Positions 38,906 to 49,035 of a DNA stretch of 64,000 nucleotides are shown here, piece after piece. This stretch comes from Clostridia bacterium (GTDB lineage: Bacteria; Bacillota; Clostridia; Christensenellales; CAG-314), in contig JAVVRZ010000001.1 in NCBI GenBank assembly GCA_036654455.1, forward strand, positions 343,332-407,331. Reading direction: 5' to 3'. The notes under the pieces were generated by a model. It had not been told where the DNA came from, ran no database searches, and saw nothing but the letters and a program-made list of their open reading frames with translations. The translations under genes and the position numbers were made by a program. The first letter of the stretch is position 1. Every line of letters starts with the position of its first letter.

Positions 38906-39232
38906 TTAATCCTCTTTATTAAACAATATATCTACGCCGAGAGCTTTTTCCACGTCCTTTTTTATGCCGAGCATGCCTAGACTAGACGTCGAATCGTCAA
39001 GCGGTATTGGCACAATGATAGGAAAAGGTTGAGCTTTAAGTTTTTCAATGGTGTCGGGAAATTGTTGAGCTAACGCTTCGTCTATAAAAATAACGGCAAA
39101 TTCGTTTAAAGTCAGTTTGCGTATAAGTTGAAGCGCAGTAGAAGAGTCGTTGCAATCAAAAACTTCTACGCCAACTGCGGAAAACCCCGCTACCGAAGAA
39201 TATTGACCTATAACCCCCATTCGCTCATACAT
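38906..39232 (-). CDS. V-type ATP synthase subunit F
   Basis: 108 aa ([20 protein letters not shown]) between subunits C and A. An alternative start is ATG 39220. Confidence 0.8.
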   Translation of the reverse strand: MYERMGVIGQYSSVAGFSAVGVEVFDCNDSSTALQLIRKLTLNEFAVIFIDEALAQQFPDTIEKLKAQPFPIIVPIPLDDSTSSLGMLGIKKDVEKALGVDILFNKED

Positions 39233-40235
39233 AAATATCTTTTAACCTCGTCTTTATTAGTTCCTTATCAATTTTATTTTTAATGCAACTTAGAATAATT
39301 CTAACGTTGCTAATTTCTGCTTGTTTAGCTAAATAGTAATAAATTAATGGCATTACGCTGTTGTTTACGCTTGAATAAGGCTGTAAAAATTTCTTTTTAT
39401 AGCTATCGACATAAGTTTCCGCTTGGGCAAAGGAAGTTTTTTCTTGACAAATTTTTAGACATAATTTGCAAAGCGGTAGATAAACCGAACGATTAAATTT
39501 GCCAAAAAGCTCGTAATCTTTGACGTCGAAAGAATTTGTTAAAGATGTAAGAGTATCAAAAGATAAATCTTGCAAAAGCAAATTACCGCCTTCGATAAAG
39601 AATTGTCGAGTAAATTCTGCCGTAAAGTTAGCGTTTAACGAACGGTAAGACGACATTATATTGGTCAAATCAATATCGACTTTTACGTAATCAAGCATTT
39701 CTTTGTTATTTGACTTTTTTGCTAGCGACAAAAAGTGTTTATACATAGCTTTGTCGGCAATAAGGTCAATTTCATAAGGGGCAAGCTCGGTTTTGTCGTA
39801 TTCGTTAAGTAAATCTTGCGCAAACTGAGGCAATGACGAATAGTCTTGTTTTGCAATAGCGTTAAAAAGTTCTTTTACCTCTATACTGCCAAAAGTTAGG
39901 CAACTACTTGATAAGTCTTTGTCAAGTTTTTTACTTTTAACAAGTAGTTTGATGTTAAGAAAGTCGTAAAAAGTAACAAATATGTTGGTGAGTTCGGTTA
40001 CCATTGTATATTTATTGAGAAAAGCAATAGTTTGCGCCATTTCTTGCATAAGCAAGGGTTCAAAATCAGGCGAATCTAGCTTAGAAAAGCTAGCATATCC
40101 AAATTCTTGTAGCAATTTGTATGCCGAAGATAAATCGACACAATTAGATAGGCGAACAATTTTATCGCCTTTTATAAGTCGCGTAGATAATACTGCGACT
40201 AGACCGCTAGCAAAATATGCGCTACTACCATTCAT
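39225..40235 (-). CDS. V-type ATP synthase subunit C (d-type)
   Basis: 336 aa at the position of NtpC in the ntp-type operon order. Confidence 0.8.
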   Translation of the reverse strand: MNGSSAYFASGLVAVLSTRLIKGDKIVRLSNCVDLSSAYKLLQEFGYASFSKLDSPDFEPLLMQEMAQTIAFLNKYTMVTELTNIFVTFYDFLNIKLLVKSKKLDKDLSSSCLTFGSIEVKELFNAIAKQDYSSLPQFAQDLLNEYDKTELAPYEIDLIADKAMYKHFLSLAKKSNNKEMLDYVKVDIDLTNIMSSYRSLNANFTAEFTRQFFIEGGNLLLQDLSFDTLTSLTNSFDVKDYELFGKFNRSVYLPLCKLCLKICQEKTSFAQAETYVDSYKKKFLQPYSSVNNSVMPLIYYYLAKQAEISNVRIILSCIKNKIDKELIKTRLKDIYV

Positions 40236-40237
40236 AA

Positions 40238-40807
40238 TTAGTCCCCAAACAAAATTTTAAGCACTTGCGCTTCTTTTTTCTCTCTTGAAGCGACAAATAT
40301 GCGTTCAAGCGTCAAATTTTTGTCGTATTCCTTTTTTGCAAGCAAAATACCGCCCGAAATATCAAGGTACTTTTTGCTTAAAAGTAAATGTAAATTGTAT
40401 TTATCTAAAAATTGTTGAGTAATGCGATTTTTGTCTGCCGAACAAATGTAAACAGTTTCGCCGTCTTCGGCATTAGAAGTAATAAGAATATCTATTAAGC
40501 TAAGATATCTACTTTCGTCGGCAAAAATAACTTTTTGCGCCTGCTTATATGCGTCGTCGATAAGTTGAAGTTTGTGCGCAAGCAAAACTTTTTTGCCTTC
40601 AAGGTTGGTTTGCGATTGAGAGCGACGCATTATATCTTGACAAAGTTCGTCGCAATATTTTTGTAGAGCTAGTTCTTCTTCTTTAATTGTAAGCTCGGCC
40701 TTTTGGGCAATTTCTTTTGCCTCGCTTAAAGCCGTTTGTTCAATCTCTACGCATTTATTTGTGGCGTCTTGCAAAATTCTATCGGTTATTACTTTGGTTG
40801 CGCTCAT
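40238..40807 (-). CDS. V-type ATP synthase subunit E
   Basis: I prefer ATG 40807 (MSATKVITDRILQDA...), which overlaps the subunit K stop as TAATG. The track start at 40936 would overlap subunit K by 130 nt. Confidence 0.8.
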   Translation of the reverse strand: MSATKVITDRILQDATNKCVEIEQTALSEAKEIAQKAELTIKEEELALQKYCDELCQDIMRRSQSQTNLEGKKVLLAHKLQLIDDAYKQAQKVIFADESRYLSLIDILITSNAEDGETVYICSADKNRITQQFLDKYNLHLLLSKKYLDISGGILLAKKEYDKNLTLERIFVASREKKEAQVLKILFGD

Positions 40808-41334
40808 TATACAGCTACTCCAAACCATACGATTAAGAAACTGGTTAGTAGCCCGAATATAGCGTACAATTCGATTGCGGCTACCATTAGTATGCCTTTG
40901 CCACTCATAGAAGGATTTTTCGATACCATTATGCACGCCGAGCTTGCCATTTTTGCTTGATAAATTGCGCTTAAAAAGCCTACCAAAGCAACCGGCAGGG
41001 CAGCAAATAAATAAGAAAGCCCTTGTTCGACGGTAAGAGGTACGATTGCTCCAAAAATATTAATTTTTAGCCCGATTAAGAACGCTACGATAAAACCGTA
41101 CAAACCTTGCGTTGCAGGTAAGAGCATAATAATTTGTAATTTTGAATAAAGCTCGGGTTTTTCTGCCGAAATACCGGCAGCCGTTTGACCGCTACGGCAT
41201 ACCGCCATTGCGCTACCAATGCCTGCTGGAATAAAGGCTACCGCCATTGCAAGAAAAGCAAGCGCAGGCCCGAGTTGTAGAGGCGTTGTAGCAGCGTCGA
41301 GAGTTTCAAAAAAAGCTAGTAGGTTGAGTAACAT
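40807..41334 (-). CDS. ntpK: V-type ATP synthase proteolipid subunit K (4-TM, duplicated hairpin)
   Basis: 175 aa with LLPATQGLYGFIVAFLI, IYQAKMA and AAIELYAIFG, closely similar to Enterococcus hirae NtpK. Confidence 0.88.
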   Translation of the reverse strand: MLLNLLAFFETLDAATTPLQLGPALAFLAMAVAFIPAGIGSAMAVCRSGQTAAGISAEKPELYSKLQIIMLLPATQGLYGFIVAFLIGLKINIFGAIVPLTVEQGLSYLFAALPVALVGFLSAIYQAKMASSACIMVSKNPSMSGKGILMVAAIELYAIFGLLTSFLIVWFGVAV

Positions 41335-41398
41335 AATATTTTCCTCCGTTTTGATTTAATTTTATCTTTTTTCCGTGATTTTAACCTTGATATATATT

Positions 41399-43483
41399 TT
41401 AGTTGCCTTGTTTTATTTTAACCTTTTTGGGTTCTTCTTTGGGGTAAGTATATTTTCTTTGACTTGCAATAGGCGTAAAGTAGAAGCCTTCGCCTGTATA
41501 GAATTTGCCGAAAAACTCAATGTGTTGTAATCTAGCGTCGTGAATATATGCGCCCAGTAGACTAATTGCAAGATTAAGAGTATGCCCGAATATAAGCACA
41601 ATTACGCCAAAGATAAATAAGAACGGGTTGCCTAAGAGTAACCCCGCTATTGTATTAAACACTAGCCCGACTACGCCGGTAGTTAAACCTAGCCCAAAAA
41701 GTCTTAAATAACTTAAAATATCGGTAAAGACGTTCATAACGCCATAAACTCCGCCTAGTCCGCCGGTTACCTTGCCAAAGCCTTTGTTCTTTCTACCTGC
41801 CGTAAACAAGACTATGACAAGACCGCTACCCATCATAATTAAACCGATAGTAGCAAGAATAGATAAATCTGTTCCGCTTGGATTAAGCGAAGAAAACGCC
41901 CCTATTATTACAAGTATTATGCCGATATCAAAAATTATCCACGGAATACAATCAAAAATTGCGTCCCAAATTTTGCGTTTGGCTATTAAATTTGCAAAAT
42001 TCATTATTACGCCACACAAAAGGTGAACCGTACCTAGCACAAGACAAAGTTCTATCATACCTAGCGGGTCGCCTAAGGGAGTAAATAATATTGGCGGAGG
42101 CGCACCTACGTCCATAGCAAACCAACCGCCAAAGACTACGCCCCATATAATGGTAGAAATACTTGAATAACCTATTACAAGAATTAAACTACGCATTCCG
42201 CCTCGTGGTTTAATAAATTTAACAAATAATACGGCTATTAAACACATAAGCACGCCGTAACCTACGTCGCCCATAATAAGACCCATGAATAACCAGTAAA
42301 AGACGGCAACGATTGGATTAGGGTCAATTTCTCGGTAGTTTGGGATAGAATACATATCGGTTATGCTTGTAAATGGTTGAACGATTTTGTTTACTTTAAT
42401 TTTTGTTGGAACTTCCTCGTCGTCGGTTGGCTGGTCAAATTGACTAAAATATGCCGACAGATTAGAGTCAAGCAGATTTTGCATATTTGACTGCTGTTCT
42501 TCGGGTAACCAACCTTGAAGCGCAATAGTACTTTGCGTACATAATATATCGCTGTCGGTTTGATATATTTGCTTATTGATGTAAAAATAATCGTAAAGAG
42601 TCTTCAATTGCGGAAAATATTGCTCGTAGTCGCATAATTGTTGATTTAAAGACTGTTTAAGACTAAGTTTATCTTCGATTTGTTTGCTTGCCGAAAGAAT
42701 ATATTGCGTAGCCGTTACGGGATAGTCGTATACGCATTGAGCAAAACCAAAGCCAGACAAAACTTTGCTAATTTGTTCTAAATCACGCTTGTCGCAAATT
42801 GCAAGCAAAGCGGTTTGTTGTTTATTCTGCCCTAAAAAGACAAATTGAGTTGAAGTATATATTGAAGCGAGTTCTTCTAATTTTTCTTGCGTTAAAGAAT
42901 TTGCAATGCCTAGTAGCATTAAACAGTTGCTGGTAGAAACAATGTCGCTAAACGCAACATCAAGATTGCGGTAAATTTCTAAGTTGGCAATATTAGCTCG
43001 CAAAGCGGTAATTTCGGTTGTTAGAGTATCGATTTGAGAAGATAAGGAAGTTATATTTGAAATATTATCAAATAAAACGTCTTGTTTGTCGCAAATGGCG
43101 ATAAGTTCGTCATAATCTACAATTTCTCTTTTTGCAAGATTAATTTCTTTAAGTTTTTTATCTTTTTGAGAAACTGTTTTATCTTTTTTAGTTGAAACAT
43201 TAGCGACTTTTTTAGTTTTTTTAGTTTTTAATTCTTTTTGTTCGACCTTTTTAATTGCAATTTCTCGGTCGACGGCATTTTTAACCATAGCTAAGGCTTG
43301 GTCGATATTTTGCATTTTTTGCGTAAGCAAATCTTTTTGCTGAGTTGCAAGAAGTTTTTGAGTATTGTCAAATTCTTGCATATTAATTAGATGGAGACTC
43401 TCGGCGCGTGAAAGTTTTGCAAGCAAATTATCTTTTTCGCTTGCAAGCGCAATAAGAGTCAATTTTTTCATCTTAACTATCAA
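41399..43483 (-). CDS. ntpI: V-type ATP synthase subunit I (a-type stator/channel)
   Basis: 694 aa with a TTG start 7 nt after GGAGA. A cytoplasmic coiled N-terminal half is followed by a polytopic C-terminal half. Confidence 0.88.
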   Translation of the reverse strand: MIVKMKKLTLIALASEKDNLLAKLSRAESLHLINMQEFDNTQKLLATQQKDLLTQKMQNIDQALAMVKNAVDREIAIKKVEQKELKTKKTKKVANVSTKKDKTVSQKDKKLKEINLAKREIVDYDELIAICDKQDVLFDNISNITSLSSQIDTLTTEITALRANIANLEIYRNLDVAFSDIVSTSNCLMLLGIANSLTQEKLEELASIYTSTQFVFLGQNKQQTALLAICDKRDLEQISKVLSGFGFAQCVYDYPVTATQYILSASKQIEDKLSLKQSLNQQLCDYEQYFPQLKTLYDYFYINKQIYQTDSDILCTQSTIALQGWLPEEQQSNMQNLLDSNLSAYFSQFDQPTDDEEVPTKIKVNKIVQPFTSITDMYSIPNYREIDPNPIVAVFYWLFMGLIMGDVGYGVLMCLIAVLFVKFIKPRGGMRSLILVIGYSSISTIIWGVVFGGWFAMDVGAPPPILFTPLGDPLGMIELCLVLGTVHLLCGVIMNFANLIAKRKIWDAIFDCIPWIIFDIGIILVIIGAFSSLNPSGTDLSILATIGLIMMGSGLVIVLFTAGRKNKGFGKVTGGLGGVYGVMNVFTDILSYLRLFGLGLTTGVVGLVFNTIAGLLLGNPFLFIFGVIVLIFGHTLNLAISLLGAYIHDARLQHIEFFGKFYTGEGFYFTPIASQRKYTYPKEEPKKVKIKQGN

Positions 43484-43788
43484 ATTAAATTCTCCAAAAT
43501 ATAGTCTACCGCTTTATTAATATTGACAGAACATTTTTGGATATAAATTTTTGCGTCTTGTTCTTTTTCTAACAAGGCTTTTTGTTTAATTTCTTTGGCG
43601 TTAGCCGTAAACTCGGCAATTTTATTTTTAACATAGTCTTTTTGGCTAGCGTGAAAAACCGAAAGCTTGTCTTCGGCGTGATAATGAGCTGAACAAATGG
43701 CGTCGCTTGCCTTTTGTTCGGCTTCGTCTATCATTTTTTTAGATTGTTGTTCGATAGCTACGATTTCATTTATAATGTCTTGTACCAT
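43480..43788 (-). CDS. V-type ATP synthase small peripheral-stalk subunit (G/H type; NtpF-like)
   Basis: 102-aa helical protein, first gene of the operon, whose stop overlaps the subunit I start. Confidence 0.65.
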   Translation of the reverse strand: MVQDIINEIVAIEQQSKKMIDEAEQKASDAICSAHYHAEDKLSVFHASQKDYVKNKIAEFTANAKEIKQKALLEKEQDAKIYIQKCSVNINKAVDYILENLI

Positions 43789-43906
43789 TTTTTCGTCCTC
43801 AATAGGTTTAGCATTTCGACTTAATTATGCCAATAATTTATGTAAAATTTATGCTAGATTGGTGTTGAATGTGTTAATTATATATAAAAAGCAAACTAGA
43901 TAGGCT

Positions 43907-44344
43907 TTACTTTTGGTCGAGAGCGTTTACTTTGTCAACTCTACGAGCGTGCCTTCCGCCTAAAAATTCTGTTGTAAGAAAAGCCTTTACCATAACTTTT
44001 GCCGTAGCTAAATCAACTACTCTTGCGCCAAAAGCAAGTACGTTAGCGTTGTTATGTTCTCTTGTTGCAATAGCAGTAAATTCGTTTACGCATAGACCGC
44101 AACGAATTTTAGCAATTTTGTTAGCAACCATACTCATACCTATGCCTGTGCCACAAATTAGAATACCACATTTGCTTGCGCCGTCGGCAACGCTTTTGCA
44201 AGCAGGAATTGCAAAGTCCGGATAATCACAACTATCTAACGAATATGCGCCATAGTCATAAAATTCTTCGTTAAGTTCTTTTAGATAGTCCATCACTTGT
44301 AGTTTAAGTTCGTAGCCTGCGTGGTCTGACGCAATTGCAATCAT
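43907..44344 (-). CDS. rpiB: Ribose-5-phosphate isomerase B
   Basis: 145 aa with MIAIASDHAGYELK and ICGTGIGMSMVANK. Confidence 0.9.
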   Translation of the reverse strand: MIAIASDHAGYELKLQVMDYLKELNEEFYDYGAYSLDSCDYPDFAIPACKSVADGASKCGILICGTGIGMSMVANKIAKIRCGLCVNEFTAIATREHNNANVLAFGARVVDLATAKVMVKAFLTTEFLGGRHARRVDKVNALDQK

Positions 44345-44504
44345 AGTTACACCTCGAAAAAATATTTTACTTTATTACATTATGGTTATTGACAAAAAAA
44401 TAAATAATTAGCTAATTTGCGGTAAAACCATTAATAAATTTATTATATTAAGTTGTTGACGGCTAACAATATTATTTTTGTTGAAATGTTATCCGTTGAT
44501 AGTG

Positions 44505-45500
44505 TTATTTAGTTATGATGTTACCGTTTACTGATTTGGTCATTCTATTTTTGATACTATACGCTAATTCGCTGTCACCGCAAAACATCTGTATGATGTA
44601 GCCGTAATCTTTTTCGGCTAAACGGACTGATGAAAAATAATTGTGAGCAATTTCTTCTTCGCTACCGCCTAAGTCAAGGCAGTTAAAACCTAAAAAATCT
44701 TGCAAATATTGACGAGCGCACAAAATTACGGGGTTATCTTTTAAATGTTGTTGGTAATGTATTTTAACAATTTCAGTCGAGGTTGTTTCAAACATAATTG
44801 TTGGACAGAGTGGCGCATAGTGCAAGTATTTCACGCCCGGTGAGTGAACTGCTCCGGTAGCTAGTGTAGAAACGGCGACAGGCACGCCTAGAAGCCGTTC
44901 AATCTCGCTCCTTGTAACTATACCGGGTCGAAGTATGGTGGGTTGGTCAACTAGGCTTAGCACGGTAGATTCTATGCCTACTTGACAATCTTCGCCCCAA
45001 AGAATTAGGGGTATTTTGCCTTGCATATCGTCATAAACCGTCTGCGCAGAGGTCGGCGAAGGGCGTGTGCTAGTGTTTGCCGAAGGGGCGCATATAGGAA
45101 CATTGCAAGCCGAAATAAACTGTCTTGCCTCTTGCGAACGAGGAAGTCTAACTGCAACCGTAGGTAAGTTAGCCGTAACCGAATCGGGCACGGTGGGTAA
45201 TTTGTTAAGTACTACCGTAAGCGAAGAAGGCATAAAGTTATCAAATATCTTTTGCGCAAGTTGAGAAATATCACGAGCGACTAGCCTAAGCATTGATTTA
45301 TCGCTAATGTGAACAATCAAAGGATTGTCGTTAGGGCGACCTTTTGCAACATAAATTTTTGCTATTGCGTCTTCGCAAAAGACGTTAGCGCCTAGCCCAT
45401 AGACAGTTTCGGTAGGAAAAGCTACTATTTCGCCATTATTAATTAACTTACTCGCAAGGAGTAAACTCTCTGCGTTTATCTTCAACATCTGCGTTTTCAT
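44505..45500 (-). CDS. tsaC: L-threonylcarbamoyladenylate synthase (Sua5/YwlC type, YrdC plus Sua5 domains)
   Basis: 331 aa with VAFPTETVYGLGAN and NDNPLIVH. It neighbours rpiB, as ywlC and ywlF do in Bacillus. Confidence 0.85.
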   Translation of the reverse strand: MKTQMLKINAESLLLASKLINNGEIVAFPTETVYGLGANVFCEDAIAKIYVAKGRPNDNPLIVHISDKSMLRLVARDISQLAQKIFDNFMPSSLTVVLNKLPTVPDSVTANLPTVAVRLPRSQEARQFISACNVPICAPSANTSTRPSPTSAQTVYDDMQGKIPLILWGEDCQVGIESTVLSLVDQPTILRPGIVTRSEIERLLGVPVAVSTLATGAVHSPGVKYLHYAPLCPTIMFETTSTEIVKIHYQQHLKDNPVILCARQYLQDFLGFNCLDLGGSEEEIAHNYFSSVRLAEKDYGYIIQMFCGDSELAYSIKNRMTKSVNGNIITK

Positions 45501-45686
45501 TGCTTGTATTATACCATATATTTATTAAAAATGTAAACAATATGCAATAATTATATTTGTAGACAAATTAGCGTTACACTCTATTTTGCAATATCGGTAA
45601 ACAAAATGTAAAATTTTTAGTTTATATCAAAAATGATTTTTTATGTCTAAAAAGAAGAAATAATGTTTAATTATTTTACTTTAATA

Positions 45687-45715
45687 TTGACATTTGAGGT
45701 AAAAGATGTTAAAAT
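45687..45715 (+). promoter_or_regulatory. Sigma-70-type promoter (extended -10) for the M28 peptidase gene
   Basis: TTGACA, 17 nt, TGtTAAAAT. Confidence 0.55.
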
Positions 45716-45748
45716 GTTTAGGTAATTAATTTAGTAAGGAGAATGAAA

Positions 45749-46993
45749 ATGAACAAAAACAGAGCGTTTAATCTACTTAAAAAAATGGAATTTACCCGCA
45801 TCGGCGGTACGGCGGAAGAGTTAAAATGCGCAAATATGCTTGCCGACGAAATTAAAAAATCCGGGTTGACTCCTTCGATTGAGCCTTTTGCTGTTAACTC
45901 GCAGACAATCACTAAGGCAAAGCTTATTGCCGACGGGCAAGAATATCCTTGCGTAGCTTACGGAAATTGCGGTAGCACTCCAAAAGAAGGTTTAACCGCC
46001 GAATTTTATTATCTAGAAAATTTTGCTGATATTGCAGTTGCAAAACTACGTTCTAAGGGTAAGATTGTCTTGACAAATGGCTATATGGGCATTGATAGTT
46101 ACAAGAAACTTATTGAATGCGGGGCGGTTGGATTTGTTACTTTTGGCGGTGACGTTCTTGACAAACAAGCTCAAACCGACTTAATGACAAGGGAACTTCG
46201 TCAGCCTCTTAAAGACGTAGCCGTGCTACAAGGCGTAAACATTAGAGCGGCTAGCGCTATGAAACTTGTCAAGCAAAACCCTAAAAATATTACTTTAATA
46301 GTCGAGCAAAAAGAAGAACAAGTCAATAGTCATAACGTAGTTGCAAAAATTAAAGGCGACTTAGACGAAACAATAGTATTTACCGCTCATTACGACAGCG
46401 TTGATTTTAGCAAAGGCGTGTACGATAACGGCGCCGGTAGCGTTATTATTATGGAACTATTCCATTATTTTTGCGAGCATACTCCACGTAGAAACCTTGT
46501 ATTTATCTGGTGTGGTAGCGAAGAAAGAGGTCTACTTGGCAGTAAAGCCTATGTGCAACAGCACAAAGACGAGCTTGACAAATATGTTTTATGCGTAAAC
46601 GTAGACGTGGGCGCTCCTGTTCTTGGCAGAGAAGAAGCCGTTGTTATGGCTGACGTTAGCCTAGCTAACTATGTCGACTACTTTGCAAAAGAAATTGGTC
46701 ACACTATACGAGTAACTAGCGATATATATTCTTCGGACTCTATCCCCTTTGCCGATGCTGGCGTACCGGGTATTAACTTTATGCGTAACGGCGCAAGCGG
46801 TTGTAGTCACATACACGATAGATTTGACACAATGAAGTTTTTAAGCGCAGAAGCGCTTGCTAAGACTGGCGAATTTACCCAACTTGTAGCTAATAAACTT
46901 GTCAACGCTTTCGCTTTCCCAGTACCCAAAGCAATTCCCGATGATATTAAGACAAAAATTGATAAATATCTAGGCAAAGAAGTTAAAAAATAA
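45749..46993 (+). CDS. M28-family aminopeptidase
   Basis: Motifs are HYDSV, VYDNGAGSVIIMEL and CGSEERGLLGSKAY. ATG 45749 has better RBS spacing than the track start at 45743. Confidence 0.8.
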   Translation: MNKNRAFNLLKKMEFTRIGGTAEELKCANMLADEIKKSGLTPSIEPFAVNSQTITKAKLIADGQEYPCVAYGNCGSTPKEGLTAEFYYLENFADIAVAKLRSKGKIVLTNGYMGIDSYKKLIECGAVGFVTFGGDVLDKQAQTDLMTRELRQPLKDVAVLQGVNIRAASAMKLVKQNPKNITLIVEQKEEQVNSHNVVAKIKGDLDETIVFTAHYDSVDFSKGVYDNGAGSVIIMELFHYFCEHTPRRNLVFIWCGSEERGLLGSKAYVQQHKDELDKYVLCVNVDVGAPVLGREEAVVMADVSLANYVDYFAKEIGHTIRVTSDIYSSDSIPFADAGVPGINFMRNGASGCSHIHDRFDTMKFLSAEALAKTGEFTQLVANKLVNAFAFPVPKAIPDDIKTKIDKYLGKEVKK

Positions 46994-47013
46994 CTCTTTA
47001 ATGTTACAAACAA

Positions 47014-47054
47014 AAAGAAGCTCTTCTTATAAATAAAGGGCTTCTTTTGTTTTA
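47014..47054 (+). terminator. Rho-independent terminator
   Basis: aaagaagc pairs with gcttcttt, followed by TTGTTTT. Confidence 0.45.
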
Positions 47055-47262
47055 ATTTACTAATTATTTTTAATTTACTATTTAACTTAGCTGTTATTGT
47101 TTTTTGATTTGTTTAATTGTTTTAGTTAGTTATTAACTTTGCTGTATTTTGATTTACATATTTCTAATTATTAGCATTAATTTTTGTAACCGTATAAGGC
47201 TAATAGGATATTGACACAATTTACAAAATTAGTTTGTAAAAATGTACCCGTCAATTTTTAAA

Positions 47263-47835
47263 CTAAAATGCCGTTAAATCTATTAAAACTGCACGGGTGG
47301 GCGAAGCTTCGCCATCTAAAATGTTAAGGGGCAAAGCCGAAATAAAATATTTGCCGACAGGAACGTCTTTAAGGCAAACACCTTCAAGTATTGCGATGCT
47401 TCGACCCGAGAGCAAACGATGTACCATAAAGAAGTTTTCGCCCCCTATTGATTGACTTTCGCAAGCTATAAGTTTAATGTCGGTGTAATCAAGGGCAAGC
47501 GCAGCTTCGGCGCTAAGAATTCCATTACCTTTAATTAATAGACGAGTAACTCCTTTTGGAAGGCTGATAATGTCTTCTCTTGTAATCTTGTTGTCAAATT
47601 GAAATACGTTTGCGTCGCCTACAAACAAATCTATCGGCATAGCCGAAATTGTTTCTCCAAAGCGGTTAAAGTGCGACGGCGCATCGATATGCGTGCCATT
47701 ATGTAGACACATTGTGAGGTTGCTTAAATTATAACCATCTTCGCTAATTGACTTAATCTGCGATATGATTGGAGAAATATCGCCTTCATACACAGCGCAA
47801 TTAGGCAAGGGTTGAGAAATATCATATACTTTCAT
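47263..47835 (-). CDS. Cyclase-family protein (arylformamidase/kynurenine formamidase-like)
   Basis: 190 aa with HNGTHIDAPSHF and a GGAGG RBS. Confidence 0.75.
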   Translation of the reverse strand: MKVYDISQPLPNCAVYEGDISPIISQIKSISEDGYNLSNLTMCLHNGTHIDAPSHFNRFGETISAMPIDLFVGDANVFQFDNKITREDIISLPKGVTRLLIKGNGILSAEAALALDYTDIKLIACESQSIGGENFFMVHRLLSGRSIAILEGVCLKDVPVGKYFISALPLNILDGEASPTRAVLIDLTAF

Positions 47836-48021
47836 TTAGCGCCTCCTAATTATATTTTATAATAAGTCGGCGAGATTGTCAATAACTAATTTAAAATATG
47901 TTTAATTTTAACAATACTACATTATATTGCATAAAATATTTATTTTTTACTATTGATTTACACAACACAATATGATAGTATATTATTAATATAGTTAAAA
48001 ATAAAAAGGAGAAGTGTAACT

Positions 48022-48834
48022 ATGAAAAAAATTCTATGTATTGTACTTTTATTTGCGTTAATGTTCTCTTGCGTCGCTTGCGGTCAAGTGAGCTTTAACG
48101 GCAACTTTAAAGCCGCAACTGAGGAAACATACAAGGCTGTGCAACAACAAATACCTAGTTCGCCAGTTGACGGCGAAGCCAAGAAAGAAATTGCAAAGGG
48201 CTATCAAATGACTGCTAACGCTAATGCGCCCGATCAAAAATTAATGATGTCTTATAATATTAAGTTTATATTAGGGGCGGAGTTAAAAGATAGTAAAATG
48301 TCGCTAGATTATAATATGTCGGCAGATGGTATGGGAGAACTTAAATATTCGGCATATTTTAGCAATATGACGCAGTATTTAAACCTAGAAAAAGCAAATA
48401 TGAAGGGACTATCCATAACCGGTAAATTTAAGTCAACCTTAAAGATTGGTCAAGACCCAACCGAAGTGGTAACGACCCAACCCAAACTTGAATATGCCTT
48501 TGACGCATACGACGAACTTGCAAAAAGCCTTAGCGACCTTAAAAAAGCTGGTATAACGGTTGAAATCGCAACAAGAGGTAACACTACAAAAATTAAATTA
48601 ATTTATTCTCGCAACTCTGAGCTTACCGAAGATTTAGACGAAAACATAACTGACTTTAACGCATACTACATATATGTAATTCGAGACGGTCTACTTGTTG
48701 GCTCTAAGTTTGATATGAGCTACAAGATAAACGGTGTTTTATCTACTATGAATTTTGAAGTCAAACCATATAGCGGAGATATTACTCTACCTAGCGACTT
48801 AGACACTTATAAGGAAAACAAATTTCCGTTTTAG
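48022..48834 (+). CDS. Putative lipoprotein, function unknown
   Basis: Signal peptide MKKILCIVLLFALMFSCVACGQ with a Cys-containing lipobox-like end, and an AGGAG RBS. Confidence 0.55.
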   Translation: MKKILCIVLLFALMFSCVACGQVSFNGNFKAATEETYKAVQQQIPSSPVDGEAKKEIAKGYQMTANANAPDQKLMMSYNIKFILGAELKDSKMSLDYNMSADGMGELKYSAYFSNMTQYLNLEKANMKGLSITGKFKSTLKIGQDPTEVVTTQPKLEYAFDAYDELAKSLSDLKKAGITVEIATRGNTTKIKLIYSRNSELTEDLDENITDFNAYYIYVIRDGLLVGSKFDMSYKINGVLSTMNFEVKPYSGDITLPSDLDTYKENKFPF

Positions 48835-48903
48835 TTTTAATAGCTAGGGCTTCTAACAGTTGAAGCGTTTAAAAAATTAGTAAATCAAAATTATATCAAC
48901 TAC

Positions 48904-48935
48904 AAAACGCCCCTTATTACTAAGAGGCGTTTTTA
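48904..48935. terminator. Bidirectional rho-independent terminator between convergent genes
   Basis: aaaacgcc pairs with ggcgtttt, with an A-run before and a T-run after. Confidence 0.6.
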
Positions 48936-49035
48936 TGTAGTTTAAATTTAAAAGTTAATTGTCTAATTAAATTAATTAGAATAAATGTTTTATCGCTAGT
49001 TTATTTATAATTACCTTTTTAAAGTTTGACTTTGT

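Noticed and set aside
40808-40936. N-terminal extension of the subunit E ORF (track start 40936)
   Set aside because: It would overlap the proteolipid gene by 130 nt in another frame, and the extension sequence is not E-like. ATG 40807 gives MSATKVITDRIL... and a TAATG stop/start overlap with ntpK.
41413-42146. Small minus- and plus-strand ORFs inside the subunit I gene
   Set aside because: These are alternative-frame ORFs within a well-supported 694-aa V-ATPase gene, and they have no RBS.
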